From assembly GCA_028715175.1 (NCBI GenBank), contig JAQUSJ010000001.1, positions 472,368 through 536,367 of the forward strand: a DNA stretch of 64,000 nt, given 5' to 3'. This DNA is from Candidatus Daviesbacteria bacterium. Lineage in GTDB: Bacteria > Patescibacteriota > Microgenomatia > Daviesbacterales > UBA10151. Below the pieces are notes generated by a model. That model worked only from the letters and a program-made list of their open reading frames with translations, searched no databases and was not told the DNA's origin. The position numbers and the translations under genes are program-made. Shown here one piece after another: positions 46,453 through 55,068 of the stretch (position 1 is the stretch's first letter; each line of letters starts with the position of its first letter).

Positions 46453-46468
46453 AGTGATCTAGATCACG
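46453..46468. promoter_or_regulatory. CRP-consensus-like perfect palindrome aGTGATCTAGATCACg
   Basis: GTGATCTAGATCAC; about 60 bp upstream of the 46395 start of the SPW membrane-protein gene. Confidence 0.5.
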
Positions 46469-46510
46469 GGAGAATTAAAAGTTACTACAAAGCAAGAGTG
46501 AGTTGCTTGT

Positions 46511-46540
46511 GACCCCGGAGCGATTTGAACGCTCGACCCA
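46511..46540 (-). other. tRNA 3'-half-like fragment (T arm GAGCG-TTCAAAT-CGCTC + acceptor 3' strand CGGGGTCA) next to a GC hairpin; no matching 5' half
   Basis: Minus-strand sequence gtcgagcgttcaaatcgctccggggtca. The adjacent ccccgcctctggcgggg hairpin (46551-46567) is part of the same observation. No complementary GACCCCG 5' acceptor was found. Confidence 0.4.
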
Positions 46541-46589
46541 TGGATAATACACTCCCCGCCAGAGGCGGGGCAAGAGTCCATAGATGCTG

Positions 46590-46661
46590 TGAGCCGGGTG
46601 GGATTCGAACCCACGGCCAATGGATTAAGAGTCCATTGCTCTACCGCTGAGCTACCGGCCC
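46590..46661 (-). tRNA. tRNA-Lys (anticodon CTT)
   Basis: GGGCCGGTAGCTCAGCGGTAGAGCAATGGACTCTTAATCCATTGGCCGTGGGTTCGAATCCCACCCGGCTCA; anticodon loop CTCTTAA. Confidence 0.8.
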
Positions 46662-46728
46662 ATTGTTGTATATTCTAACAAATTGAGAGATCCTTGCGCC
46701 ACCGCTAAAGCTACGGCGGCACGCGGTC

Positions 46729-46747
46729 GCTACGCTTCAGAATGACA
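46729..46747. repeat. partial family B element (right TIR portion gctacgcttcagaatgaca), overlapping the annotated start of the downstream ORF
   Basis: Matches the B2 right end ggctacgcctcaggatgacaa. Confidence 0.45.
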
Positions 46748-47461
46748 GTAGTGAGAAGTGTTGTTATACTAATTCTAATGTTCTATTTTATTACTTTTCT
46801 GTTTGAACTTATTTTACTTTTCTTTTTATCCAGGAAATTAATCAATTCTTTAGTTAAATTAATCTACAAATTAACCAGAAGCCATAGGGTTGTAGTGCAT
46901 ATTTTAGCCCTTATATTCTTACCCGGTACAATAATACACGAACTGGCACATCTTTTATTTGCCGGAGTAGTGCTGGTTCCGGTCGGAGAAATGAATGTAT
47001 TACCGGAGATTGAAGAAAAAGGAGTTAAACTGGGCAGCGTACAGATTGGTTATACAGATCCGTTGCGCAGGATGATCGTAGGGGTGGCTCCGGTCCTTTT
47101 AGGTATGATTTTAATTTTTTCAATTTTTCTTCTGGTCAAAATAGGAACCTCTCCCTGGTGGCAGGTGATTTTAGCCATTTACCTGCTTTTTGAAATCGGC
47201 AACACCATGTTTTCTTCAAGAAAAGATATTGAAGGCAGTATTCTTTTTGTAATTTTAATCCTAGCTGTTGCTGCAGCAATTTTAGTAGTTTTATATTTTC
47301 TAAATCCGGCCCTTATTCAAAAAATTTGGCTTTGGTCGAATGGTTTGAATTTGGAGGGAGCTTCAAATTTTTTTGAAACGGCATCAATCTATCTTATTGT
47401 GCCTGTTGTGTTGGATTTTTCAGCCATATTTTTAACAAAACCTTTTGCAGGTAGAAGCTAG
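46742..47461 (+). CDS. polytopic membrane protein with an HExxH motif (putative intramembrane metalloprotease)
   Basis: HELAHLLFAG within a TM helix; six or more TM segments; true start may be a downstream Met. Confidence 0.45.
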   Translation: MTVVRSVVILILMFYFITFLFELILLFFLSRKLINSLVKLIYKLTRSHRVVVHILALIFLPGTIIHELAHLLFAGVVLVPVGEMNVLPEIEEKGVKLGSVQIGYTDPLRRMIVGVAPVLLGMILIFSIFLLVKIGTSPWWQVILAIYLLFEIGNTMFSSRKDIEGSILFVILILAVAAAILVVLYFLNPALIQKIWLWSNGLNLEGASNFFETASIYLIVPVVLDFSAIFLTKPFAGRS

Positions 47462-47504
47462 GTTATAGTTTTTGTGGTATAATAAGCATACTGCTGAAAT
47501 GGAA

Positions 47505-47526
47505 CCCCGCCATGGCGGGGTTTTTT
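47505..47526 (+). terminator. rho-independent terminator (ccccgc-catg-gcgggg + T6)
   Basis: GC stem then tttttt; 44 nt after the upstream stop. Confidence 0.7.
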
Positions 47527-47540
47527 AATGGCAGATCATT

Positions 47541-49328
47541 ATGACAAACATACGAAATGTAGCTATCATTGCCCATGTTGATCATGGCAAAACTACCTTA
47601 GTGGATGCTTTACTTCGTCAATCCAAAACTAAGCTTGGAAAGCAATTTACAGACACTTCAGAGCTAATTATGGATTCCAATGACCTGGAAAAAGAGCGGG
47701 GGATTACCATTTTTTCCAAAAATGCCTCAGTGAACTGGAAAAATACCAAAATCAATATTATTGATACTCCGGGGCATGCTGATTTTGGCGGGGAAGTGGA
47801 ACGGGTTTTAAAAATGGCTGACGGAGTTTTACTTTTAATTGATGCCAAAGAGGGACCAATGCCGCAAACCAGGTTTGTTTTGAAAAAAGCACTGGAGTTG
47901 GGCCACAAAATAATTGTGGTTATTAACAAAATAGACAAACCTGATGCCAGAATAGAATATGTTATTAATAAAACTTTTGATCTCTTTTTAGAATTGGGGG
48001 CTGATGAAGAAACTGCGTATTTTCCCACCATTTATTCCTCAGGTAAGCACGGCAAAGCCGGACTTAAAACAAATCTTTCCAAAATGGATGATATTTCACC
48101 TGTTTTTGATGCCATATTAGAGCATATTCCGGCACCTCATGATGATATAAGCAAACCTTTGCAAATTTTAATTACCAATACTATTTATGACAATTTCAAA
48201 GGCAGGATTGCTACAGGCAGGGTTTACAATGGTACCATTAAAGCCGGTCAGGAAGCAGCCTACATAAACAGGGATGGGGTTATCAAAAAATTCAGGCTGA
48301 CTTCTTTAATGGGTTTTGAAGGGTTAGACAGAGTTGATATTAAAGAGGCTCATGCCGGTGATATTGTGGCTCTTTCCGGTATTCCTGATATTACTATTGG
48401 TGAAACCATTGCAGATTCCAGCAGTCCCGTTGCTTTACCTGTTTTGGATATTGAAGAGTCTACTGTCAGAATGAATTTTGGGGTCAATACTTCTCCTTTT
48501 GCCGGACTGGAGGGTGAATTTAAAACTGCCAGACAAATCCGGGAAAGGCTTTTCAAAGCAGCAGAGGCAGATGTAGCTTTAACGGTTGAAGATGGTTCTT
48601 CCGGTGACTTGATTGTTAACGGCAGGGGAGAACTGCATCTGGCTATTTTAATTGAGCGGTTGCGAAGGGAAGGCTATGAATTTCAGGTCGGCAAGCCTCA
48701 GGTTATTGAGAAAACAATAAACGGAAAACTCATGACCCCATATGAAAAAGTAGCTATCGAGGTTCCGGAAGCTATGTCAGGGACAGTTATGCAAAAAATG
48801 GGTCTTAGACATGCCGAGTTATTAGATATGAATACCGAGAACGGTATTGTATACCTGCTGTTTTGTATTGCCACCAAGGAGTTTTTTGGCTATAGAAGTC
48901 AGTTCATGACCGATACAAAGGGTTTGGGAATAATCAGCAGTTCATTTTTGGAATACAGGGAGGATAAAGGAGGAAAGTTTGAAAGAATGCAGGGGTCTTT
49001 GGTAGTACATGAATCGGGAACTACCAAGCTATATGCCCTGGTAGGTGCTCAAGATAGAGGAATTCTGTTTGTAGGGCCCGGTATCAGTGTTTATAAAGGG
49101 CAGGTTATTGGTATGAATTCCAGAGGGGATGATATTAAAATAAATGTTTGTAAGGAAAAACAGCAAACAAATCACAGATCCAGCGGGGAAGGAACCAGCG
49201 AGCATTTTAATACTCCGAAAATCATGAGTTTGGAGCAGGCTATCGAATATATTGATGAGACGGAACTGGTAGAAGTTACCCCCAAAAACATCAGAATCAG
49301 AAAAATTGACTTAAACTCTAAATTCTAA
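47541..49328 (+). CDS. typA: translational GTPase TypA/BipA
   Basis: 595 aa; G1 AHVDHGKTT, G3 DTPGHADF, G4 NKID; EF-G-like domains III-V. Confidence 0.95.
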   Translation: MTNIRNVAIIAHVDHGKTTLVDALLRQSKTKLGKQFTDTSELIMDSNDLEKERGITIFSKNASVNWKNTKINIIDTPGHADFGGEVERVLKMADGVLLLIDAKEGPMPQTRFVLKKALELGHKIIVVINKIDKPDARIEYVINKTFDLFLELGADEETAYFPTIYSSGKHGKAGLKTNLSKMDDISPVFDAILEHIPAPHDDISKPLQILITNTIYDNFKGRIATGRVYNGTIKAGQEAAYINRDGVIKKFRLTSLMGFEGLDRVDIKEAHAGDIVALSGIPDITIGETIADSSSPVALPVLDIEESTVRMNFGVNTSPFAGLEGEFKTARQIRERLFKAAEADVALTVEDGSSGDLIVNGRGELHLAILIERLRREGYEFQVGKPQVIEKTINGKLMTPYEKVAIEVPEAMSGTVMQKMGLRHAELLDMNTENGIVYLLFCIATKEFFGYRSQFMTDTKGLGIISSSFLEYREDKGGKFERMQGSLVVHESGTTKLYALVGAQDRGILFVGPGISVYKGQVIGMNSRGDDIKINVCKEKQQTNHRSSGEGTSEHFNTPKIMSLEQAIEYIDETELVEVTPKNIRIRKIDLNSKF

Positions 49329-49330
49329 TT

Positions 49331-49717
49331 TTATCGTCTCTCAGGACACGCAGCTCTATTATATGCAGCTAATTCTGCCTTACCATGATCCCAAGGACCA
49401 TTATATCTTGCCCGCCTTAATTGGCTTTCCAGTTCATCAAGGGACATTTCTCCGTTGCAGGTTTTAACTTTTGTTCCACAAGCTGCATTATTGTAGGCTC
49501 TGAGTTCTTCACCAAGATTTTCTCGGCCCAGAGGACCATTATACCTTGCCAGATTTAATTCTTTTTCCATCTGACCAACAGTAATCTCTTCTCCTTTACA
49601 GGTTTCAATCATATTCTTTCTGTAAGCCCCACTATCTGCACAAGCTGAAAGCAGAGACGCAGCAAGAGCAATTCCAACTCCTCTTAATAATCCTCTTCGA
49701 AGATCAACATAACGCAT
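49331..49717 (-). CDS. lipoprotein with two ~40-aa tandem repeats (TC.GE...ARYNGP....AAC)
   Basis: Signal peptide with lipobox LLSAC; internal repeat visible by eye. Confidence 0.45.
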   Translation of the reverse strand: MRYVDLRRGLLRGVGIALAASLLSACADSGAYRKNMIETCKGEEITVGQMEKELNLARYNGPLGRENLGEELRAYNNAACGTKVKTCNGEMSLDELESQLRRARYNGPWDHGKAELAAYNRAACPERR

Positions 49718-49771
49718 AATTTTGGAATAGTAGCATTGTTCTTACCATAAATCAACTCTTCTAGCGCTTTG

Positions 49772-49844
49772 CGCCCCTGGAAGGAATTGCACCCTCGACC
49801 CTTTCGTCCGAAGCGAAATGCTCTATCTGCTGAGCTACAGGGGC
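49772..49844 (-). tRNA. tRNA-Arg (anticodon TCG) with an unusual T loop (TGCAATT)
   Basis: GCCCCTGTAGCTCAGCAGATAGAGCATTTCGCTTCGGACGAAAGGGTCGAGGGTGCAATTCCTTCCAGGGGCG; acceptor GCCCCTG/CAGGGGC. Confidence 0.7.
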
Positions 49845-49893
49845 ATATATTCACTAATATTAACAAATTATATACTCAATGTATAATTCTCAT

Positions 49894-49931
49894 TTGACAA
49901 ATATCTAACGATCGTCAATAATTTGTCAACA
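49894..49931. promoter_or_regulatory. 38-bp nested palindrome R1 (TTGACAAA-TATCTA-ACGATCGT-CAATAA-TTTGTCAA) overlapping the -35/-10 of the PaaX-like gene
   Basis: Outer IR ttgacaaa/tttgtcaa, inner acgatcgt; contains a TTGACA -35 box. Confidence 0.55.
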
Positions 49932-49937
49932 TACATT

Positions 49938-50465
49938 ATGGTTAGAAAAAGATCAAAATTAGTTAATGCTGCACTTTTTGCTTTGGAGAAATCTGTTTGG
50001 GTTGGAGCGACGATTTACGATTTTGCAACTTACATGCACCAATATTCTCATGGAAACCCGCAAGGAGCTGACCGTTATGAATTCTACCAACTTATATGGA
50101 GGTTAAGAAAAGAAGGTTTTATCGAAAGAACAAAGGATTTAAATGATGATAAAATAATTCTCAAATTAACGGCAAAAGGGGAAAATTACTTAAAGATAGA
50201 GAATGCTTTAAGGGATGAGAAATGGGATGGTAAATGGAGACTGGTTGTGTTCGACATTCCGGAAAGCAAAAGAAGATTGCGAAATACCCTAAGACAAAAG
50301 CTGAAAGAATGGGGGTTTAAATACTGGCAAAAAAGTTTGTGGGCCAGCAAAAAAGACGTTGCAGAACCCTTAAGGGAATTTATACAAGAATTGAGTCTTT
50401 CAGATTTTGTGCTCGTAGTAGTATCAAATGATCTCGGTACTTTCAGCAAGTTGACAAAAATCTAA
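49938..50465 (+). CDS. PaaX-family-like transcriptional regulator (wHTH + PaaX_C-like domain)
   Basis: Start moved to ATG 49938 (ORF track uses TTG 49923); C-terminal W.GKWRLVVFDIPE..R..R..LR..L...GF...Q.S.W motif. Confidence 0.5.
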   Translation: MVRKRSKLVNAALFALEKSVWVGATIYDFATYMHQYSHGNPQGADRYEFYQLIWRLRKEGFIERTKDLNDDKIILKLTAKGENYLKIENALRDEKWDGKWRLVVFDIPESKRRLRNTLRQKLKEWGFKYWQKSLWASKKDVAEPLREFIQELSLSDFVLVVVSNDLGTFSKLTKI

Positions 50466-50488
50466 CGATCGTCAATTGTTTGTCAACA
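50451..50488. promoter_or_regulatory. 38-bp nested palindrome R2 (35/38 identical to R1), overlapping the stop codons of the convergent PaaX-like and glucokinase genes
   Basis: ttgacaaaaatctaacgatcgtcaattgtttgtcaaca. Confidence 0.55.
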
Positions 50489-51296
50489 AATAGAGTGCTC
50501 CGTATAAGCCTGCGTCATGACCTAATGTAGCTTTAACTACTTCCGGAGCTTGGGGGAAAATTGTCAGAAACTCACTAAGATAGGTTTTGACTTTTTCCAA
50601 AGGAATACTTTTGGAAACGCCGCCTCCTAGGATAATAATATCCGGAGTCCAATGAACAGTTGTATTGACCAAACTGATTGCCAGATATCTTGATATTTCA
50701 TCCCAGATTTTTGGATCAGTAATATCTTCCCCTTTTTGTCCGTACATTTTTTCAAAATATGATCCGGAAACATACGCTTCCATATGGCCTTTGCCTCCGC
50801 AATTACAAAGATTTCCATCAGGTACGATAATTTGATGCCCGGGTTCAAAATTAAAACTGTCGTTGGAAATTTTTCCGTTAACAATCCTTTTTCCGCCTAC
50901 CCCTGTGCCAATAGCTATATATCCCACTATCTCCTTGCCTATTCCCGCTCCTTTTACAGCTTCACCTATGCCACCCGTGGCAGTATCATTTTCCAAAATT
51001 ACCTTGCAGTCAAAAACTGTTTCTAATTCGGTTTTTAAAGGTTTATTAATCCATCCAGGAATGTGAGGACTGGTAACCAGCATAGTTTTTTCCTTATCAA
51101 GAGGGCCGGCAACACCTCCGGCAATCCCAATAATTTTTTCGCCATGCGATAGCTCGTCTGCAGTTTGCTTTAAGGTTTTCATTCCTTCATTAAAATCTTT
51201 CGGAGTAGGAATAATTTTTGATCCGGCAAAAGTTTCACCGTCAGAAGAAGTGGCTAGACGCATATTTGTTCCGCCAATATCAAAACTTAAGTACAT
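50472..51296 (-). CDS. ROK family glucokinase
   Basis: 274 aa; N-terminal DIGGTNMR ATP motif; ROK Cys/His zinc motif (CNCGGKGHMEAY). Confidence 0.85.
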   Translation of the reverse strand: MYLSFDIGGTNMRLATSSDGETFAGSKIIPTPKDFNEGMKTLKQTADELSHGEKIIGIAGGVAGPLDKEKTMLVTSPHIPGWINKPLKTELETVFDCKVILENDTATGGIGEAVKGAGIGKEIVGYIAIGTGVGGKRIVNGKISNDSFNFEPGHQIIVPDGNLCNCGGKGHMEAYVSGSYFEKMYGQKGEDITDPKIWDEISRYLAISLVNTTVHWTPDIIILGGGVSKSIPLEKVKTYLSEFLTIFPQAPEVVKATLGHDAGLYGALYLLTNN

Positions 51297-51310
51297 GATA
51301 TAATTCTACC

Positions 51311-52273
51311 ATGAAAATTGGGTTTATTGGACTGGGCAGAATGGGCAAAAATATGGTTTTGCATCTTTTGGAAAAAGGGGTCGAGGTAGTAGCTTGGAAC
51401 AGGTCTCCTGAGCCTCGCGAAGAATTAAAAAAGGAAGCTAATACGCTTGCAAGGGGACGCCTTGCGAGGCTAACGGCTGCAGAAGACTTGGATGGGTTGA
51501 TTGGTAAACTTGATGCCCCTAGAATCATATGGTTAATGGTGACTGCTGGACCGGCAGTTGATGAACTTCTAGCCCAACTTGCCAATAAGTTAAATCCAGG
51601 GGATTTGGTAATTGATGGCGGTAATTCTTTCTACAAAGATACGATTAGAAGGGCAAATGAGTTAAAAAGCCATGGTATCCATTTTATGGATGCGGGTACC
51701 TCGGGCGGTATAGAAGGAGCAAGAAACGGTGCATGTATTATGGTGGGGGGTTCACAGGAGGATTTTAAGAGGGTTGAACCTGTTTTAAAGGTGGCTGCCG
51801 TCCCTGAAGGCTATGCTCATCTGGGTCCAGCGGGTAGCGGACACTTTGCCAAAACCGTTCATAATGGTATTGAATATGGCATGATGGAAGCAATTGGAGA
51901 AGGAGCAGCCATCCTGAAATATTCACCGTTTAACTATGACCTGCGGGAAGTATTTAGAATTTATAATAACGGATCAATCATTGAATCACGTCTGGTAGGC
52001 TGGTCTTTGGCAGAATTTAGGAGTGATCCTGATTTATCCAATATATCCTCTGTAATTGGATCAGGTGGAGGTGCTGGAAAAATCAAGGGGGAAGCACACT
52101 GGACACTAAAGTTGGCACAAAAGCTGGGGATAGATACACCGGTAATTGAGGCTTCAGTCAAAGTCAGAGATAACTCAGACAAAGATAAAGAAAATTCTCC
52201 AAACAGTTTCCGTAACAAAGTAGTTGCTGCCATGCGTTGGCAATTCGGCCGCCATCCTGTTAAAAAATCTTAA
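51311..52273 (+). CDS. gnd: 6-phosphogluconate dehydrogenase (decarboxylating), short-form Gnd
   Basis: 320 aa; Rossmann IGFIGLGRMGKNM; 6PGDH catalytic region; contains an in-frame family A element. Confidence 0.8.
   Translation: MKIGFIGLGRMGKNMVLHLLEKGVEVVAWNRSPEPREELKKEANTLARGRLARLTAAEDLDGLIGKLDAPRIIWLMVTAGPAVDELLAQLANKLNPGDLVIDGGNSFYKDTIRRANELKSHGIHFMDAGTSGGIEGARNGACIMVGGSQEDFKRVEPVLKVAAVPEGYAHLGPAGSGHFAKTVHNGIEYGMMEAIGEGAAILKYSPFNYDLREVFRIYNNGSIIESRLVGWSLAEFRSDPDLSNISSVIGSGGGAGKIKGEAHWTLKLAQKLGIDTPVIEASVKVRDNSDKDKENSPNSFRNKVVAAMRWQFGRHPVKKS
51445..51471. repeat. family A hairpin element copy 6, in-frame inside gnd (encodes LARGRLARL)
   Basis: gcttgcaaggggacgccttgcgaggct. Confidence 0.7.
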
Positions 52274-52775
52274 AAGGGAATTCTCCTACAATTTGCCAAT
52301 CGTCCACCTCTCCACCTTTGATCAGGGTAACTTTATTTACTTCCCATTGAGCTGATTGATCTCTGCCGATTTCTTTTATAATCTTCTCTTTGAGTTCAAC
52401 TGGAAAAGTTCCGTATAAGAGGCTCAAATGTGCCATATATTGTGGAATATTAGTCATATTAAAAATTTGTTTAGCCCTGTCATGCAGAGCTTGTAGTTCT
52501 TCGGTGATTTTAGCTTTGACGAAAAGTGTCCTGAAGAAAAAATCCTCATAATAAATTTGTCCAAGTTCCAAAGTGAATGACTTTTGACCTTTTACTAATT
52601 CTTTAGTTTTCTCAATACATTCTTCTTCCGTCTGCAAAAATTCACCCAATAAGGTAACATGGGGGCGAAATACTGGAGCATAGTACTGCTTGGACAGCCT
52701 TTGTATTAAATTGTTAAATTTCTCAAAAGCCTCGCCTGTCGGTACTAACCAGAGTGTGTAACCTTTTAATTTCAT
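52260..52775 (-). CDS. 2H phosphoesterase superfamily protein (LigT/2'-5' RNA ligase-like)
   Basis: Two H-x-T/S-x motifs (PHVTLLG, AHLSLLYG). Confidence 0.65.
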   Translation of the reverse strand: MKLKGYTLWLVPTGEAFEKFNNLIQRLSKQYYAPVFRPHVTLLGEFLQTEEECIEKTKELVKGQKSFTLELGQIYYEDFFFRTLFVKAKITEELQALHDRAKQIFNMTNIPQYMAHLSLLYGTFPVELKEKIIKEIGRDQSAQWEVNKVTLIKGGEVDDWQIVGEFPFKIF

Positions 52776-52777
52776 GG

Positions 52778-53578
52778 TTATTTATTTAATAAATTCAGTA
52801 TAGCAGTATGCAAAATCCCATTAGAAGCCAGCATTTCTGGATTAAAAACATTCCATTTGTCGCCGTTGGGAGTAGTGATTTTACCGCCGGCTTTTTCAAT
52901 TAATAAAGAAGATGCTGCTGTATCCCAGGGTTTTAAGCCAGAATGTAAATAAATGTCTATACTGCCATCTGCCAAACTGGCCAGATCTGCTACAGCAGAA
53001 CCCATGCATTTAATTTGTCTGACAAAGGCATTTACTTTTTCCAACCATTTAACAACTGTGATCCTTGTTTCTAAATTCCAACCCCAATCACAACAAAACA
53101 CAACCTCTTTTAAATCACCAGTAGTAGAAACTTTAATCGGTTTGCCGTTAAGAAATGCTTCATTCCGGTCAGCCTGCGCCCAATATAACTTATTTTCTAT
53201 AGGAAGATAGACTACGCTAAGTTGTGGTACGCCCTTGTTAACTAAACCGACCGATATGGCAAAATGCGGATGATGCCTTGAAAAATTAACTGTTCCGTCA
53301 AGCGGATCAATAATCCATAAATTATCTGCATTTTTTAATGATGAATAGTCTTCAGGTGCAGTTTCTTCTGTTAACAGTTTAGATTTAGGATATTGTTTTT
53401 GAATATTTTCCCTTAAAAACTGATCTACTTCCTCATCAGCCTCAGTTAAAAGATCTACACCACCTTTTGATCTTGAAGTAAATTTACCGGACTCAAAGTA
53501 TTTTTTTAAAATCTTGCCTGCCTGTAAAACTAATTCAGTTATATATTGTCGTACCTCTGTTAAATCTATGTCTTTCAT
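52778..53578 (-). CDS. inositol monophosphatase family protein (SuhB-like)
   Basis: Start moved to ATG 53578 (ORF track uses GTG 53590); IMPase motifs WIIDPLDGT and WDTAA. Confidence 0.85.
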   Translation of the reverse strand: MKDIDLTEVRQYITELVLQAGKILKKYFESGKFTSRSKGGVDLLTEADEEVDQFLRENIQKQYPKSKLLTEETAPEDYSSLKNADNLWIIDPLDGTVNFSRHHPHFAISVGLVNKGVPQLSVVYLPIENKLYWAQADRNEAFLNGKPIKVSTTGDLKEVVFCCDWGWNLETRITVVKWLEKVNAFVRQIKCMGSAVADLASLADGSIDIYLHSGLKPWDTAASSLLIEKAGGKITTPNGDKWNVFNPEMLASNGILHTAILNLLNK

Positions 53579-53585
53579 ATAGTTA

Positions 53586-53613
53586 CGCACCCAAGGGGAC
53601 GCCTTGCGAGGCT
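53586..53613. repeat. family A hairpin element copy 7, between the zwf stop and the IMPase start
   Basis: cgcacccaaggggacgccttgcgaggct; overlaps the zwf stop codon at 53612-53614. Confidence 0.65.
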
Positions 53614-55036
53614 AAATTCTGCAAAAATCCATTGAAGGTTCAAGCCAAATCCTTCCGTCTTTTTCTATTAACTCATCAGCTTCTTTTGGCCCCCAGGACC
53701 CGGGTTCGTAAATTGCGGGTTTCCCGCGGACTGCAATTAAGGGATCTATAAAGGCCCATTGTGCTTCCACTTCCTCCGCATCATTAAAGAATGTCTGATC
53801 GCCTCTGATTGTATCGATCAGCAAACGTTCATACGGGTCGGGAATCTTGTGCGTATATGGATTGGGTCTGTAGCAATACTGCATATATTCCGGTTGCAAT
53901 TTTGCATCATAGCCCGGTACTTTGGTTAAAATCTTAAGCACAATTCCCTCATTCGGCTGAATACGGTAGATTAAAACATTTGGTTCATCCCCGCTATCTG
54001 CGCTTTTGAATAGTCTGTTAACATGATTTTTAAAGACAATAGAGATTTCCGTCACTGTTTGCTTTAACTTTTTCCCGGCTCTGATATAAATCGGGACATC
54101 CTTAAAACGTTCGTTGTTAATATAAGTTTTTAAGGCATAGAATGTATCTGTATTGGACTGCAGAGAAACATTTTCTTCTTTTCGATAACCCTCATATTGA
54201 CCGTAAACTACCTTGTCAGGCATAGGTATCAGGTTTTTGAGAATCTTGATCCTCTCTTTGGTGACTGCCTCATTAGAGAATTCACTTGGTGCATCCATGG
54301 CGGCAAAAGCCAGCATCTGCAGTTGATGATTTTGACCAACATCTTTTAACGCCCCTACCTGATCATAATACCCGCCCCGTTTGCCAATGCCGAAATCCTC
54401 GGCAGCAGCAATTTGGATGTGGTCAATATAATCTTTATTGATAAGGGGTTCAAAAATATCATTGGCAAATCTAAAGGTAAGAATATTTTGCAGAGTTTCC
54501 TTGCCTAAATAATGATCCAGCCGGAAAATTTGATCCTCTGTAAAATATTTTAAAAGCAGCTTGTTTAGCTTCTTAGCTGAGGGAAGATTACAACCAATAG
54601 GTTTTTCAATCATTAACCTGATCCAACCCTTGTTTTGTTTGTTCAAATTATTTTTTTGTAAATTCTCGAAAATTTGATGATAGAGTTCAGGGTAGGTAGC
54701 CAGATAAAAAATTCTATTGCCATGTTTTAAGATATTACTTAGCTTTTCATATAAATTTTGGTCTTGAATTTGACCGCTTAGATATGTAAATTTCTTACAA
54801 AGTCTTTTAAAAACTTCTTCTTTAATTTCATGTTTATGATGGATATTTTCCAGATGCAAAACGGTGTGAACATAATGCTTTAATTCCTCATCAGACATTT
54901 CTTTTCTGGCAATACCGACAATAGTCATATCAGATGGCAAAAGGTCTTTTTCCTCCATATCATAAAGAGCCGGAATCAATTTGATCTGGGCGAGATTTCC
55001 GGTAATGCCAAAAATAATTAAGGTAAAAGAGTCCAT
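53612..55036 (-). CDS. zwf: glucose-6-phosphate 1-dehydrogenase
   Basis: 474 aa; N-terminal GDLA-type NADP site; RLDHYLGKE signature. Confidence 0.9.
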   Translation of the reverse strand: MDSFTLIIFGITGNLAQIKLIPALYDMEEKDLLPSDMTIVGIARKEMSDEELKHYVHTVLHLENIHHKHEIKEEVFKRLCKKFTYLSGQIQDQNLYEKLSNILKHGNRIFYLATYPELYHQIFENLQKNNLNKQNKGWIRLMIEKPIGCNLPSAKKLNKLLLKYFTEDQIFRLDHYLGKETLQNILTFRFANDIFEPLINKDYIDHIQIAAAEDFGIGKRGGYYDQVGALKDVGQNHQLQMLAFAAMDAPSEFSNEAVTKERIKILKNLIPMPDKVVYGQYEGYRKEENVSLQSNTDTFYALKTYINNERFKDVPIYIRAGKKLKQTVTEISIVFKNHVNRLFKSADSGDEPNVLIYRIQPNEGIVLKILTKVPGYDAKLQPEYMQYCYRPNPYTHKIPDPYERLLIDTIRGDQTFFNDAEEVEAQWAFIDPLIAVRGKPAIYEPGSWGPKEADELIEKDGRIWLEPSMDFCRI

Positions 55037-55068
55037 GTTATAATGGATTATATACTATACCTTAATTT

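Noticed and set aside
46511-46580. A fifth complete tRNA next to tRNA-Lys(CTT)
   Set aside because: Only a T arm and acceptor 3' strand can be folded. No complementary 5' acceptor strand and no anticodon arm exist within 100 nt. Treated as a tRNA fragment.
49938-50465. Possible Cas2 (the RLVVFDIPE..R..R..LR..L...GF...Q.S.W motif resembles Cas2)
   Set aside because: No CRISPR repeat array and no cas1 or other cas gene anywhere in the window. The N-terminal wHTH and overall ~180-aa architecture fit the small PaaX-like regulators common in reduced genomes.
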